Origin: Bacteroidales bacterium
GTDB taxonomy: Bacteria; Bacteroidota; Bacteroidia; Bacteroidales; GCA-2748055
NCBI GenBank assembly: GCA_018400695.1
Contig: JAGYMF010000002.1
Coordinates: 1-44,905 of the forward strand
Reading direction: 5' to 3'
DNA length: 44,905 nt
Shown here: piece by piece, positions 18,437 to 28,116 of the stretch
Numbering within the stretch: the stretch's first letter is position 1
Layout of the letters: every line of letters begins with the position of its first letter
The notes under the pieces: model-generated
The model's input: the letters and a program-made list of their open reading frames with translations, nothing else
The model's database searches: none
What the model was told of the DNA's origin: nothing
Program-made: the position numbers and the translations under genes

Positions 18437-21380
18437 AAAAAAGGCGGTTTTCAATCAATTCTACATAAGTACACTTATTATCTTCGTTTTACTCCCTGTT
18501 GCCCCCCCCGGCACAGCACAAATCTCCTCCTCCTTCGAACTCAGGTACTATTCGAAGGACAAAACCGCTGAAGGAATCACGGATTTCAAGGGGGAGAATG
18601 AATTCTTTAACACCGCCGAAAGAGTCGAATTCCTGAACGCCTATGCAGACGTGGCGGGTAAATGGTTTCTGGATACCAGCCTTCAAATGCAAGTAAATAC
18701 TGCAGATGAAATCAGCCGCTTTATAAAGCAGCTCAGAGAACAACCGCTTCCTGAAATAAGAAAACGGATCAGACTGGACAACTGGTTTTCCATAGGATAC
18801 AAAGCGGGAGACCGTGAACGTTCCCTGGCTTCTGCAGAAAAATGGGAGACCTTTCAGGACATCTCCGTTGAACAGGGGGTGCTCCATTTCAACCAACCCA
18901 ATACGCGCATCGAAAAAACAACCGACAGTCTTCAATGGCGTTTCTTCCTCAGCTGGAAAGCAATGAACAGTAAAGGAAAAGTGCCGCTAACTGTCGCCCT
19001 GAAAAAAAATAACCATACCATCGCTGAGGCCGGATTTCACTCCAATGGCAACATCTTCTTTACTGAAAGAGGAAATGACAGAATGGGGGAAGCCTACCTT
19101 CCCGGGAAATGGTACGATTTTAAAATTGAAGCTGACCTTGTTAATAACCGCTATAACCTTTACATAAACGGCAGGAAAGCTGGTGACTGGATCCCAATGC
19201 AGAAAACATCCCTGATCAACAACATCGTGATCACTGGTGGCGAAGGCATCCAGCTGGATGACCTCACCGGGCTGAAGTTTGATACCACCAACTGCATGCC
19301 CGGGCATCCTTACAGAATCATCCCCTTTATCAGGGAAAGTTTTAATATCATCCCCTCGCTTGACAACTGGCCGGACCCAAATTATGATGACCGCACATGG
19401 AAAATCACAAACCTGCCGGCGGTAAGGGGCGGAGCTCTGGAATCGGGTGAAGACCTGTTTCTGAGAAAAAAAATCCGGCCGGGATCATTCGAAAAAGCCT
19501 GGCTCAATATTGAAACCCTGGACCCGGGAGGAGAGGTGTGGATCAACGGCAGGGTTGTTTTTGTAACACATAACACCCATCCCGTTAAACTGGATATTTC
19601 AGAATTCCTGAAACCTTATCAACTCAATACCATCGGCATCAGGATCTTCTCTTTCTATAACAACGAAAACCTTTATCATTCACCGCAGGACAGGAATATT
19701 GGCTGGTTTTGCGGAAGGGCATGGATCGACCTCACCGAAAAAACCAGTATCAGCCAGATAAAAGTATTCACCTCCTCCTTAAAACAAGATGCCCGCCAGC
19801 AACACAAAATCGTCATACAGAACAATGCCGACTCCACCTTTTCCGGAAAAGTCTCCATCGATTACTATCCATGGTTCCCGGTGGAAGGCGAAAAAAAGGC
19901 AGCATCGTTTGAATGGCCGGTGGAAATATTTGCCCGCGATACGGTTCACCTGTTCCTGAATGGCACCGTAAAAAACCCATATCTGTGGACCCACGATGAT
20001 CCAAACCTCTATAGGGTACATGCAAAAATTATGGATGGCAATCGCGTAATCGATGATGAGGTGATCACCACCGGTATCCGCACCGTCAGCCAGGAAGCGG
20101 GCATCTTCAGAATCAACGGAGAACCTGAGTTGCTGGGTGGAGCGCAAACAATGGGCTTTAGAATGCCAGTCGAAAATATTGCCAAATGGAACCGATGTGC
20201 ACCGGCTGAAGTTCTCGCAAACGAACTGCTGGCATGCAAAAAACTGGGCAACCTGCTGCGCATCCATATTCATGCCGGAGGACACTACGCCCACAGCGTG
20301 AACGATCCCCGAATGGCTGAGATGGCCGACCAACTGGGATTGATGCTTATCTGGCCAACCAATGCCTGGATCCGCGAAGGCGATTGGGGAGGCATCGATT
20401 TTGAAGGCTATCCCAAGTACATGGAACAGGTGTTCAACCACCCCAGCATCGTTATCTGGGAGGGATCAAACCATCCCAATCAATTCTACGGAAAGCCCCT
20501 TTCCTATTCAAGCCGTTTCATCACAAAAATGTACAAGACCATTGCTGACGCAGACTCCTCCAGGCTTGTATCCCCCACTTCATACAACAAACACCTGGCC
20601 TATAGGAACGATGAAGGAACCATTGACAAAGAAGGCAACCCTGTCATTCCATGCAAGGAGTGGACCGCACCGCTGATCGTCAGGGGAAACCAGGATGCTC
20701 TCACAGGATATGGGGCTGAATGGCATCGTATCCGGCAGTGGCCGGATAATTACCGGCGCTCATTGCTCGAAAGCAACCAAAGGGCTTATTTTAATTTCGA
20801 ACATGAAGAGTCGATCGGTATGCAAAACTTCGCCCTGGCAAAGGGAAAACCCTGGTACCAGATGCCTTCCTACGAGAACATCTATGATTTAGGCAGTATA
20901 GGAAGGGAGTTTCATTACGACGAATGGAGGGCGAGTCAGGCCTGGCAGGCATTCAGCGCCTGGGAATCCATGAAATGGCAGAGAATTAAAGATGTAGACG
21001 GATTCAGCTGGTGCTGTCTCCACGGCGGTCCCAACAGCGGAACCTATCGCAAACCACTGATTGATGCCCTGGGCCATGCCAAACTTTCTTTCTATACCAA
21101 TAAAATGGCGTTGCAGGATGTCACTGCAGGAAGCAATAACACCGATGTGGTCTACCACAGGAAGGATGAGTTAAGTCCGGTAATCATACACGTGGGTAAA
21201 GCGCAGGAAGTGAAACTAAAGGTTGTCGTTAAAACCGTTGCCGGAAAAATTACCGATACCCGGGTATTTAACAGCATCATGCTCGAGGAGGGACGTAATA
21301 TAAAAGAAACAGCCTCCTTCAGACCAAAATTCGCTGAAGAAGGCTATTATATTTTTGAATACTACGTCCTTAGTCCGTAG
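18423..21380 (+). CDS. Secreted GH2-like glycoside hydrolase family protein with an N-terminal LamG/concanavalin-like domain
   Basis: Signal peptide is present. The LamG-like stretch is KWYDFKIEADLVNNRYNLYINGRKAGDW. The GH2 sugar-binding-like stretch is LFLRKKIRPGSFEKAWLNIETLDPGGEVWINGRVV. The Ig-like stretch is PYLWTHDDPNLYRV...GIRTV. The TIM-barrel region reads NHPSIVIWEGSNHPN where canonical GH2 has NHPS..WS.GNE. Confidence 0.7.
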   Translation: MKKIKKKAVFNQFYISTLIIFVLLPVAPPGTAQISSSFELRYYSKDKTAEGITDFKGENEFFNTAERVEFLNAYADVAGKWFLDTSLQMQVNTADEISRFIKQLREQPLPEIRKRIRLDNWFSIGYKAGDRERSLASAEKWETFQDISVEQGVLHFNQPNTRIEKTTDSLQWRFFLSWKAMNSKGKVPLTVALKKNNHTIAEAGFHSNGNIFFTERGNDRMGEAYLPGKWYDFKIEADLVNNRYNLYINGRKAGDWIPMQKTSLINNIVITGGEGIQLDDLTGLKFDTTNCMPGHPYRIIPFIRESFNIIPSLDNWPDPNYDDRTWKITNLPAVRGGALESGEDLFLRKKIRPGSFEKAWLNIETLDPGGEVWINGRVVFVTHNTHPVKLDISEFLKPYQLNTIGIRIFSFYNNENLYHSPQDRNIGWFCGRAWIDLTEKTSISQIKVFTSSLKQDARQQHKIVIQNNADSTFSGKVSIDYYPWFPVEGEKKAASFEWPVEIFARDTVHLFLNGTVKNPYLWTHDDPNLYRVHAKIMDGNRVIDDEVITTGIRTVSQEAGIFRINGEPELLGGAQTMGFRMPVENIAKWNRCAPAEVLANELLACKKLGNLLRIHIHAGGHYAHSVNDPRMAEMADQLGLMLIWPTNAWIREGDWGGIDFEGYPKYMEQVFNHPSIVIWEGSNHPNQFYGKPLSYSSRFITKMYKTIADADSSRLVSPTSYNKHLAYRNDEGTIDKEGNPVIPCKEWTAPLIVRGNQDALTGYGAEWHRIRQWPDNYRRSLLESNQRAYFNFEHEESIGMQNFALAKGKPWYQMPSYENIYDLGSIGREFHYDEWRASQAWQAFSAWESMKWQRIKDVDGFSWCCLHGGPNSGTYRKPLIDALGHAKLSFYTNKMALQDVTAGSNNTDVVYHRKDELSPVIIHVGKAQEVKLKVVVKTVAGKITDTRVFNSIMLEEGRNIKETASFRPKFAEEGYYIFEYYVLSP

Positions 21381-21957
21381 TACTGAAATTTGTCGAAATG
21401 GTAAGATAAAGGTTGGTCTTCACCTTGAAACTGCTGCCAAAATCTTCTTCTTCAAATTCATATTCGCTGCCGTCTGCATTCTGAAATGCATAAGCAAAAC
21501 TGATGTTGAAGCTTCCGGGATCCTCCATCCATGCAATGACCTGTGCCACAGCCACAGTGTCGAGCACAAAATCCCCCTCTTCACCAATCGTGGAAAGATG
21601 ACCCAGGTTTTCCGGAGCAATTGTCGCCAGGGTCACTGTAGTGGTTGAATCCACATCAGTTACCTCTATACTTCCGGTGAAATGGAGATCTTCAGGTGCA
21701 TTAAAATCCAGGATTTCGTAAGTAGCTTTGCTGAGCATGTAGCCATCTACATACTGACTATAGGTTTGAAACTCCTCATACTCCCTGATATCGATAAATT
21801 CTTCCTCCGTAATGCCCTCTGCGATATTTTCATCAATCACAAATTCATAGGTTTCACTCACAACCTTGTCAATGTCAGGAATAAAATCTCCCAGCATATC
21901 ACAAGAGGTGAACCCTGCAAAAATTACAAAAACAGAAATGAAAACTATTTTTTTCAT
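21370..21957 (-). CDS. Hypothetical acidic lipoprotein
   Basis: MKKIVFISVFVIFAGFTSC lipobox. The ORF-track start at 21963 is a TTG, so I prefer the ATG at 21957. Its 3' end overlaps the convergent GH2-like gene by 11 nt. Confidence 0.6.
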   Translation of the reverse strand: MKKIVFISVFVIFAGFTSCDMLGDFIPDIDKVVSETYEFVIDENIAEGITEEEFIDIREYEEFQTYSQYVDGYMLSKATYEILDFNAPEDLHFTGSIEVTDVDSTTTVTLATIAPENLGHLSTIGEEGDFVLDTVAVAQVIAWMEDPGSFNISFAYAFQNADGSEYEFEEEDFGSSFKVKTNLYLTISTNFSTTD

Positions 21958-22065
21958 GTTCAAATTAATTGGTTATGATAGGTAAATATAACAAGATTTG
22001 CTATATGATTGTTTCGCCCTCGCGAAAAAAATAACTTTTTTTTAACAAAAAATCATCCTGAATAT

Positions 22066-23583
22066 TTAAACCAGCACCTTCCCCGTCATCTCCTCAGGAA
22101 TAGCAATCCCCATAATATGCAACAACGTGGGTGCCACGTCGGCAAGAATTCCCTCCCTGATCGAAGTATAGTCGTCTGTTACAAGGACGCATGGAACGGG
22201 ATTCAGGGAATGGGCCGTATTGGGAGAACCATCTGCATTCACTGCATAATCGGCATTGCCATGATCCGCAATGATCATCACATCATAACCATTGGCCCTG
22301 GCCGCTTCGACCACATCTCCTGCACATTCATCCACCGTCTGAATGGCTTTTTTGATGGCTTCATATACCCCGGTATGTCCAACCATGTCGCCATTGGCAA
22401 AATTCAGACAGATAAAATCGTGGATGCCGGTGTGCAGATCTTCCACCACCTTATCCCGCACACCATAGGCACTCATTTCTGGCTGCAGGTCGTAAGTTGC
22501 CACCTTTGGCGAAGGCACCAGAATCCTCTCCTCGTTTTCAAAAACCTGCTCCCTGCCACCTGAAAAGAAAAAGGTAACATGGGCATATTTTTCCGTTTCC
22601 GCAATCCGAAGCTGTTTCAAACCAGCCGCGGAGACAACTTCACCCATGGTATTGGTAACATTATCCTTTCCGAAAATAACATTCATTCCCTTATAAGTAA
22701 CATCATATGGGGTCATGGTACAGTAATGCAGGGGGATGGTCTTCATCCCATATTCCGGCATATTCTGCTGCGTCAGGACCGTGGTGATCTCCTTCGCCCT
22801 GTCGTTCCTGAAATTAAAAAACACGACCACATCGCCATCACCAATCCTTCCAACAGGTTCCTGGTCATCGCCAACCATCACGATCGGTTTAATAAACTCA
22901 TCCGTCACCCCTTCCCTGTACGATTCATCGATGGACTGCAGAATGTCGGAAGATTTCTTTCCAACCCCATTCACCAGCAGGTCATAGGCCTCTTTGATCC
23001 GCTCCCACCTTTTGTCCCTGTCCATGGCGTAATACCGGCCGACAAAAGTGGCCAGTTTTCCATTGGAACCTGCAAGGTGTTTCAGCAACCGCTCCAGATA
23101 CCCCTTGCCACTCTGCGGATCCGTATCCCTGCCATCCCCGAAGCCATGGATAAATACATCTTTAATACCATATGTTCCGGTCATGTCGCACAAAGCATAG
23201 AGGTGTTTGTCAAGCGAGTGCACACCACCATCCGACAACAAGCCCAGAAAATGAACTGCTCTCTTGTTGTCCCTCGCATAGCTGAATGCATCCACAAGCA
23301 CCTTGTTCTCTTTGATGGAACCATCTTTAATTGCTTTGTTGATCTTCACAAGATCCTGGTAAACAATTCGTCCGGCCCCGATGTTCAGGTGTCCCACCTC
23401 TGAATTACCCATCTGTCCATCGGGCAACCCAACATTCTCTCCCGATGCATACAGGTGATTAAATGGGAACTCCTTTTCAAGACGGTCCATGTTTGGGGTG
23501 GGGACCTGGCTGATTACATCAGATTCCGTTCCGTTTCCCAATCCCCAGCCATCCAAAATCATAAGGAGTGTTTTCTTTTTCAT
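22066..23583 (-). CDS. gpmI: 2,3-bisphosphoglycerate-independent phosphoglycerate mutase
   Basis: [21 protein letters not shown] (catalytic Ser region) and IIADHGNAD in a 505-aa protein. Confidence 0.96.
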   Translation of the reverse strand: MKKKTLLMILDGWGLGNGTESDVISQVPTPNMDRLEKEFPFNHLYASGENVGLPDGQMGNSEVGHLNIGAGRIVYQDLVKINKAIKDGSIKENKVLVDAFSYARDNKRAVHFLGLLSDGGVHSLDKHLYALCDMTGTYGIKDVFIHGFGDGRDTDPQSGKGYLERLLKHLAGSNGKLATFVGRYYAMDRDKRWERIKEAYDLLVNGVGKKSSDILQSIDESYREGVTDEFIKPIVMVGDDQEPVGRIGDGDVVVFFNFRNDRAKEITTVLTQQNMPEYGMKTIPLHYCTMTPYDVTYKGMNVIFGKDNVTNTMGEVVSAAGLKQLRIAETEKYAHVTFFFSGGREQVFENEERILVPSPKVATYDLQPEMSAYGVRDKVVEDLHTGIHDFICLNFANGDMVGHTGVYEAIKKAIQTVDECAGDVVEAARANGYDVMIIADHGNADYAVNADGSPNTAHSLNPVPCVLVTDDYTSIREGILADVAPTLLHIMGIAIPEEMTGKVLV

Positions 23584-23793
23584 GTATATAAGTCTTTAAA
23601 AATAAAGCCAATTAACAAGTCGGCTATGAATTTGTTTTCATCTGTTGGTCACGTGTCGACTTAGAGAAAAAATATTTGCTACATATTTACTATTACTAAC
23701 TGAACACTACGGAGCACAAATTGTTTGTTGTCCGGCAATGCAGGAAGGGCACAAATTTAGATTTTTTTACCGGACTTACATAAAAAAACCGAT

Positions 23794-24200
23794 ATGATCA
23801 ACATCCACTGCGCTAACGGAAAAAGGAAAAGAACCAGTTACCTGTTCATTCTTCTCCTGTCTGTTTCTGTAGCCTGCAGCACCGACAAAGGAACTGTTGA
23901 TCTGCTCAAACATCCGGGCAGGTGGCAGGGAGATCCATTCAACCTTACCACGGAAGGAGTCATGGAGCTGAATGGGGAATACCAATAAAAAAGACGCCGA
24001 TAAAAGCTGTGAAGTGATCATCGATAACAGCCAGACGGGCGATTGGAATCACCTGTTGAAAACTGGGAATAAATTATGGGATTGCCGCCAACTGTAGACC
24101 CAAGTTTCCCATTGAGACGGACGAGCAATTGGCAGATTACCTGGCCTCCATCAGTGGGTTGCCGATATTCAAGGCGATGCAGGCAGAGGGGCGTGAATGA
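23794..24200 (+). pseudogene. Possible decayed lipoprotein gene (fragments in three frames)
   Basis: Frame 1 has a lipobox signal (SYLFILLLSVSVAC) and 35 more codons to a stop at 23986-23988. Frame 2 continues at 23972-24094 (..EVIIDNSQTGDWNHLLKTGN..). Frame 3 continues at 24060-24200 (..YGIAANCRPKFPIETDEQLADYLASISGLPIF..). No single frame stays intact. Confidence 0.3.
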
Positions 24201-24235
24201 GAGGTGGGCGATCCGGAAAATGGCGCTGTATGAGA

Positions 24236-25015
24236 TTACCGGGTTAAATCAAGCAACGCTACTTTTCGGAAGTCGATGGGGTGTGACTCCGACTGAAGCG
24301 AGATGAATCCCTCTTTTAATGGAGTCCCCTCAGGTACAGGATATCCTTCCGGTTTATGCTCCCCTCCAATCACCGGCCTGCTAAAGGTCAGCACCGTATC
24401 CCCATCCACCAGGTGATGAATGATGCTGTCGCCATGAACAATAAACTCGGCCACAACCCACTCCTCTCCACGAATGGTCTTTGATGTGGAGCTGTTGCAG
24501 TGCTCTGTTACCAGCTCGCCACTGAAATGAACATGGGTGCCCGGTGTACAGAGATTCATTGTCGGGCGTTCACCCTCCTCATATCCGCCCAGAAACTGTC
24601 CTTCAAGGGATACGGGAAATGACTGATCAATAAGCATGCTGGCAGCTGATTGTGAATGATACATCACTCCGCTGTTTTTGAAGGCCCATGCCTGTCCACC
24701 GGGGGCCTGCGCACCCACAATTCTGTATTCGACCCTCAGCCGGTAGTGCGAAAACTTCTCCTTGTAGAAGATATGTCCAAACTGATTTGTAAAGGTATCA
24801 TAAGCATCATACCGCACCTTCATCAGGCCATCTTCTACCCTGAAAGTGTTTCCGAAATTATCGTTCATTTCATAACCGTTTATTTTTATATCCCAGCCGT
24901 CAAGGTTCTCCCCGTTAAACAGTTGTATCCATTGTTCATCAGCAGCATTCGTTTTGCCGGGCGAATTACACCCGGTTATCATTGCGACAAAGAGCAGTAA
25001 AAGTATCCATTTCAT
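24236..25015 (-). CDS. DUF1080 (3-keto-disaccharide hydrolase-like) domain lipoprotein
   Basis: MKWILLLLFVAMITGC lipobox. WIQLFNGENLDGW, FRVEDGLM and GFISLQSESHPIDFRKVALLDL are typical DUF1080 landmarks. Confidence 0.8.
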   Translation of the reverse strand: MKWILLLLFVAMITGCNSPGKTNAADEQWIQLFNGENLDGWDIKINGYEMNDNFGNTFRVEDGLMKVRYDAYDTFTNQFGHIFYKEKFSHYRLRVEYRIVGAQAPGGQAWAFKNSGVMYHSQSAASMLIDQSFPVSLEGQFLGGYEEGERPTMNLCTPGTHVHFSGELVTEHCNSSTSKTIRGEEWVVAEFIVHGDSIIHHLVDGDTVLTFSRPVIGGEHKPEGYPVPEGTPLKEGFISLQSESHPIDFRKVALLDLTR

Positions 25016-25272
25016 ATTTTCTGTTTTTTAAAGATAAGAGGGGCTTATTGCCCCAAATAATGTTAGACCAAGATATGAAAAAATCTCCTGGCAGGTTATA
25101 TTTATAAATAACTCCATTAGTTTTGTAATTAATCTGTTGTCGCCCATATTGCACGCGCTACCAAAGGATTCTTCTTTATAGCCCATGGAAACAGGAGATA
25201 AAACAATTGCAGATAAACAAGAATATTCTTAATTTTAAATATTATTCATCAACGCATAAACCCCCCCGTCGT

Positions 25273-28089
25273 ATGAAAATAAAAGTAAACTACCTCCCGG
25301 TGATTATGCTGTCACTGGGTTTTCTGTTTCTGAACAGTTGTAATAGTAATAAAGAGACCCTGTCTCTCGAATTTGAAAAGTATACCCTGGACAATGGTCT
25401 GGATGTGATCCTCCACCAGGACACTTCCGATCCTATCGTCGCCCTCGCCATTCAATACCATGTAGGCTCCAACCGTGAAAAACCTGGCAAAACCGGTTTT
25501 GCACACCTGTTTGAACACATGATGTTCCAGGAATCGGAAAACGTGGGTCAGGATCAATTCTTTAAAAAGATCCAGGAGGCCGGCGGAACACTGAACGGGG
25601 GCACAGGTTACGATGGTACCGTCTATTTCGAAGTCGTACCAAAAAATGCAGCCGAGATGGTGCTCTGGATGGAATCAGACAGAATGGGTTACATGATCAA
25701 TACAGTGACACGCGGTGCCTTTGCCAACCAACAGGATGTGGTGTTGAACGAAAAACGACAGGTAGTCGATAACAACCCTTTCGGTCATAACAATTATGTG
25801 ATCCACAAAAACCTGTTTCCGGAAGGACACCCCTATAACTGGCAGATCATCGGCGAAATGGAAGACCTCTTTAACGCTACTGTGGAAGATGTGAAGGCTT
25901 TTCACCAGGAGTTCTACCTGCCCAACAATGCCACACTTGTAGTGGCAGGTGATTTTGAACCAGCGGTAATCAAGGAACAGATCCAAAAATATTTTGGAGA
26001 GATACCTTCAGGTGAAAAGGTGACAGACATGGACCCTGTCCCAGTTACCCTTGAAAAGACAAAAAGGTTGTACCATGAAGACGACTTCGCAAAAACACCG
26101 CTGCTTACCATGGTATGGCCAACTGTGGAACAATACCATCCCGATGCCTATGCACTTGATTTCCTGGCCAGGATCATTGGTAACGGAAAAAAAGCACCGC
26201 TCTACAAGGTGCTGGTCAAGGAGAAAAAACTCACCTCACGTGTAAGCACCTATAACTATGCCATGGAGCTTGCAGGCAGGTTCACCATCTCTGTTCCCGC
26301 CAACGCTGGTACCAGCCTGGCAGAAGTAGAAAAAGCTGTTTTTGAGGCTTTTGACAGGTTTGAAGAGGAAGGAATTACCGAAACAGACCTGGAAAAAATC
26401 AAGGCTGGACTCGAAACAGATTTTTACAATGGCATCAGCTCTGTGCTGGGCAAATCATTCCAGCTGGCGCAATACAACGAATATGCCGGAGACCCCGGTT
26501 TCATCACCCAGGATATTGAAAATATCAAGGCCGTAACCATCGAAGATGTACAAAGGGTCTATGATACTTACATCCGGAAGAAACCTTTTGTGCTGACCAG
26601 TTTCGTGCCTGAAGGTCAGATGGATCTTTCTGCTGAAAACTGTGAAAAAGCAGTGATCGTTGAAGAAAGTGCAGAAAATGTATTCAAGGTCGCTGAAGTG
26701 GACGAAGAGGAAGAGGAGATAAAGAAAACCCCATCTTCATTCGACCGGTCTGTTGAACCGGAACCGGGACCAGATCCGGTCCTCACTGCACCTGAAGTAT
26801 GGAAATCCTCCCTGCCCAACAACATAAAGGTACTGGGGATCGAACACAATGAACTGCCCCTGTCGCAATTTACCATTCATATTCGCGGAGGACATCTCCT
26901 GGATCCTGTTGAAAAATCGGGTGTAGCCAGTCTGCTGACCACCATGATGATGGAGGGTACAGCCCATAAAACGCCCGAAGAGCTGGAAGAGGCCATCGAC
27001 CTGCTGGGTGCCAGTATCAGCGTCTATGCCGGACTGGAATCAATCACCATCAATGCCAACTGCCTCTCCAGAAACCTGGAGAAAACAACCGCACTGGTAC
27101 AGGAGATTCTGCTCGAACCCCGCTGGGATCCGGAAGAGTTTGAGATCGCCAAAATGAAAACAATCAATAATTTGAAAAGAAATGCTGCCAATCCAAATTA
27201 CCTGGCATACATCGCTTTCAACAACCTTACACTGGGAGAGGGCTCCCTTCTTGCTACCCCCACCTCCGGGACCGTCGAAACAGTAGAGTCCATCACGCTC
27301 GATGATCTGAAGTCCTACTATCAGCATAACATCTCTCCAAATATCGCCACACTGATGATCGTTGGAGATGTGGACAAAGCTGAGACTGAAAACACCTTCA
27401 GGGGGCTGGCCGAGGCCTGGGAGCCGGTTGATGTATCATTCCCGGAATTCAATGTCCCTGCAGAAAACCCGGAATCAAAAATCTATGTGGTGGATTTCCC
27501 CGGCGCCAAACAGTCGGTGATACAAATTGGAAACAGGTATAACCCGGAAGATCACTTTGATCATTACGCTGCAACCGTTGCCAATTATAAACTGGGAGGT
27601 GCATTTAACGGTGTTCTGAACATTATTCTCCGGGAGGAAAAAGGGTTTACCTATGGCGCAAGGTCAGGGTTCAGCCTGAACAACACCTATGGCACTTTCA
27701 CTGCCTCCTCCAGCGTGCGGTCTGATGCCACCCTCGAATCGGTGGAGATCTTCCGTGACGAAATGGCCCGCTACCGGGAAGGCATCTCTGAAGAAGACCT
27801 GGAATTCACCAAAAATGCCCTGCTTAAATCCAATGCAAGGGAGTATGAAACCCTTTGGGCACTGCAGGGTATTCTTCAGCAGATCAACAGCTATGACCTT
27901 CCTGAAGATTTCATTGCCAGGGAGCAGGAAATTTTACGGTCAATGACACTGGAAGATCACAAAGCATTGTGCCAAAAATACATCGATCCGCAAAAGATGT
28001 TCTATGTGGTGGTGGGAGACGCCGCTTCACAAATCGAACCTCTTAAAAAGGCCGGGTTCGGTAAACCGGAACTGATTACGGTGTACTAA
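25273..28089 (+). CDS. M16 family zinc peptidase (two fused pitrilysin/insulinase-like units), lipoprotein
   Basis: HxxEH zinc motif in GFAHLFEHMMFQ. Lipobox is LFLNSC. An acidic linker EVDEEEEEIKK separates the two M16 halves. The ORF-track start at 25207 is a non-ATG extension, so I prefer the ATG at 25273 (MKIKVNYL). Confidence 0.88.
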   Translation: MKIKVNYLPVIMLSLGFLFLNSCNSNKETLSLEFEKYTLDNGLDVILHQDTSDPIVALAIQYHVGSNREKPGKTGFAHLFEHMMFQESENVGQDQFFKKIQEAGGTLNGGTGYDGTVYFEVVPKNAAEMVLWMESDRMGYMINTVTRGAFANQQDVVLNEKRQVVDNNPFGHNNYVIHKNLFPEGHPYNWQIIGEMEDLFNATVEDVKAFHQEFYLPNNATLVVAGDFEPAVIKEQIQKYFGEIPSGEKVTDMDPVPVTLEKTKRLYHEDDFAKTPLLTMVWPTVEQYHPDAYALDFLARIIGNGKKAPLYKVLVKEKKLTSRVSTYNYAMELAGRFTISVPANAGTSLAEVEKAVFEAFDRFEEEGITETDLEKIKAGLETDFYNGISSVLGKSFQLAQYNEYAGDPGFITQDIENIKAVTIEDVQRVYDTYIRKKPFVLTSFVPEGQMDLSAENCEKAVIVEESAENVFKVAEVDEEEEEIKKTPSSFDRSVEPEPGPDPVLTAPEVWKSSLPNNIKVLGIEHNELPLSQFTIHIRGGHLLDPVEKSGVASLLTTMMMEGTAHKTPEELEEAIDLLGASISVYAGLESITINANCLSRNLEKTTALVQEILLEPRWDPEEFEIAKMKTINNLKRNAANPNYLAYIAFNNLTLGEGSLLATPTSGTVETVESITLDDLKSYYQHNISPNIATLMIVGDVDKAETENTFRGLAEAWEPVDVSFPEFNVPAENPESKIYVVDFPGAKQSVIQIGNRYNPEDHFDHYAATVANYKLGGAFNGVLNIILREEKGFTYGARSGFSLNNTYGTFTASSSVRSDATLESVEIFRDEMARYREGISEEDLEFTKNALLKSNAREYETLWALQGILQQINSYDLPEDFIAREQEILRSMTLEDHKALCQKYIDPQKMFYVVVGDAASQIEPLKKAGFGKPELITVY

Positions 28090-28116
28090 GAACTACCTGT
28101 TTCCAGACAACGAATA

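Noticed and set aside
19779-20441. 220-aa ORF on the minus strand (similar cases at 33854-34510, 36419-37012, 14682-15227 and 31200-31751)
   Set aside because: All lie inside and antisense to well-supported genes (GH2-like, GH51, S9 peptidase, secDF, clpB) and show no independent coding evidence.
22579-23403. 274-aa ORF on the plus strand (also 22009-22563, 184 aa)
   Set aside because: Both are antisense to gpmI, whose identity is unambiguous. The sequences are low-complexity and His/Ile/Pro-rich.
24076-24306. 76-aa plus-strand ORF
   Set aside because: It runs into and overlaps the 3' end of the DUF1080 gene on the opposite strand. It is Arg/Trp/Pro-rich, and the more protein-like reading of this stretch is in another frame (see the pseudogene finding).
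25040-25054. GGGGC-TTATT-GCCCC hairpin
   Set aside because: It lies upstream of the DUF1080 start in a divergent promoter region, with no gene reading into it and no U-tract. It is therefore not a terminator, and it is too small to interpret.
25207-25272. Non-ATG N-terminal extensions proposed by the ORF track (M16 peptidase 25207; also MFP 38592 and lipoprotein 21963)
   Set aside because: In each case an in-frame ATG follows shortly and immediately precedes a textbook signal peptide or lipobox. The extensions would bury that signal.
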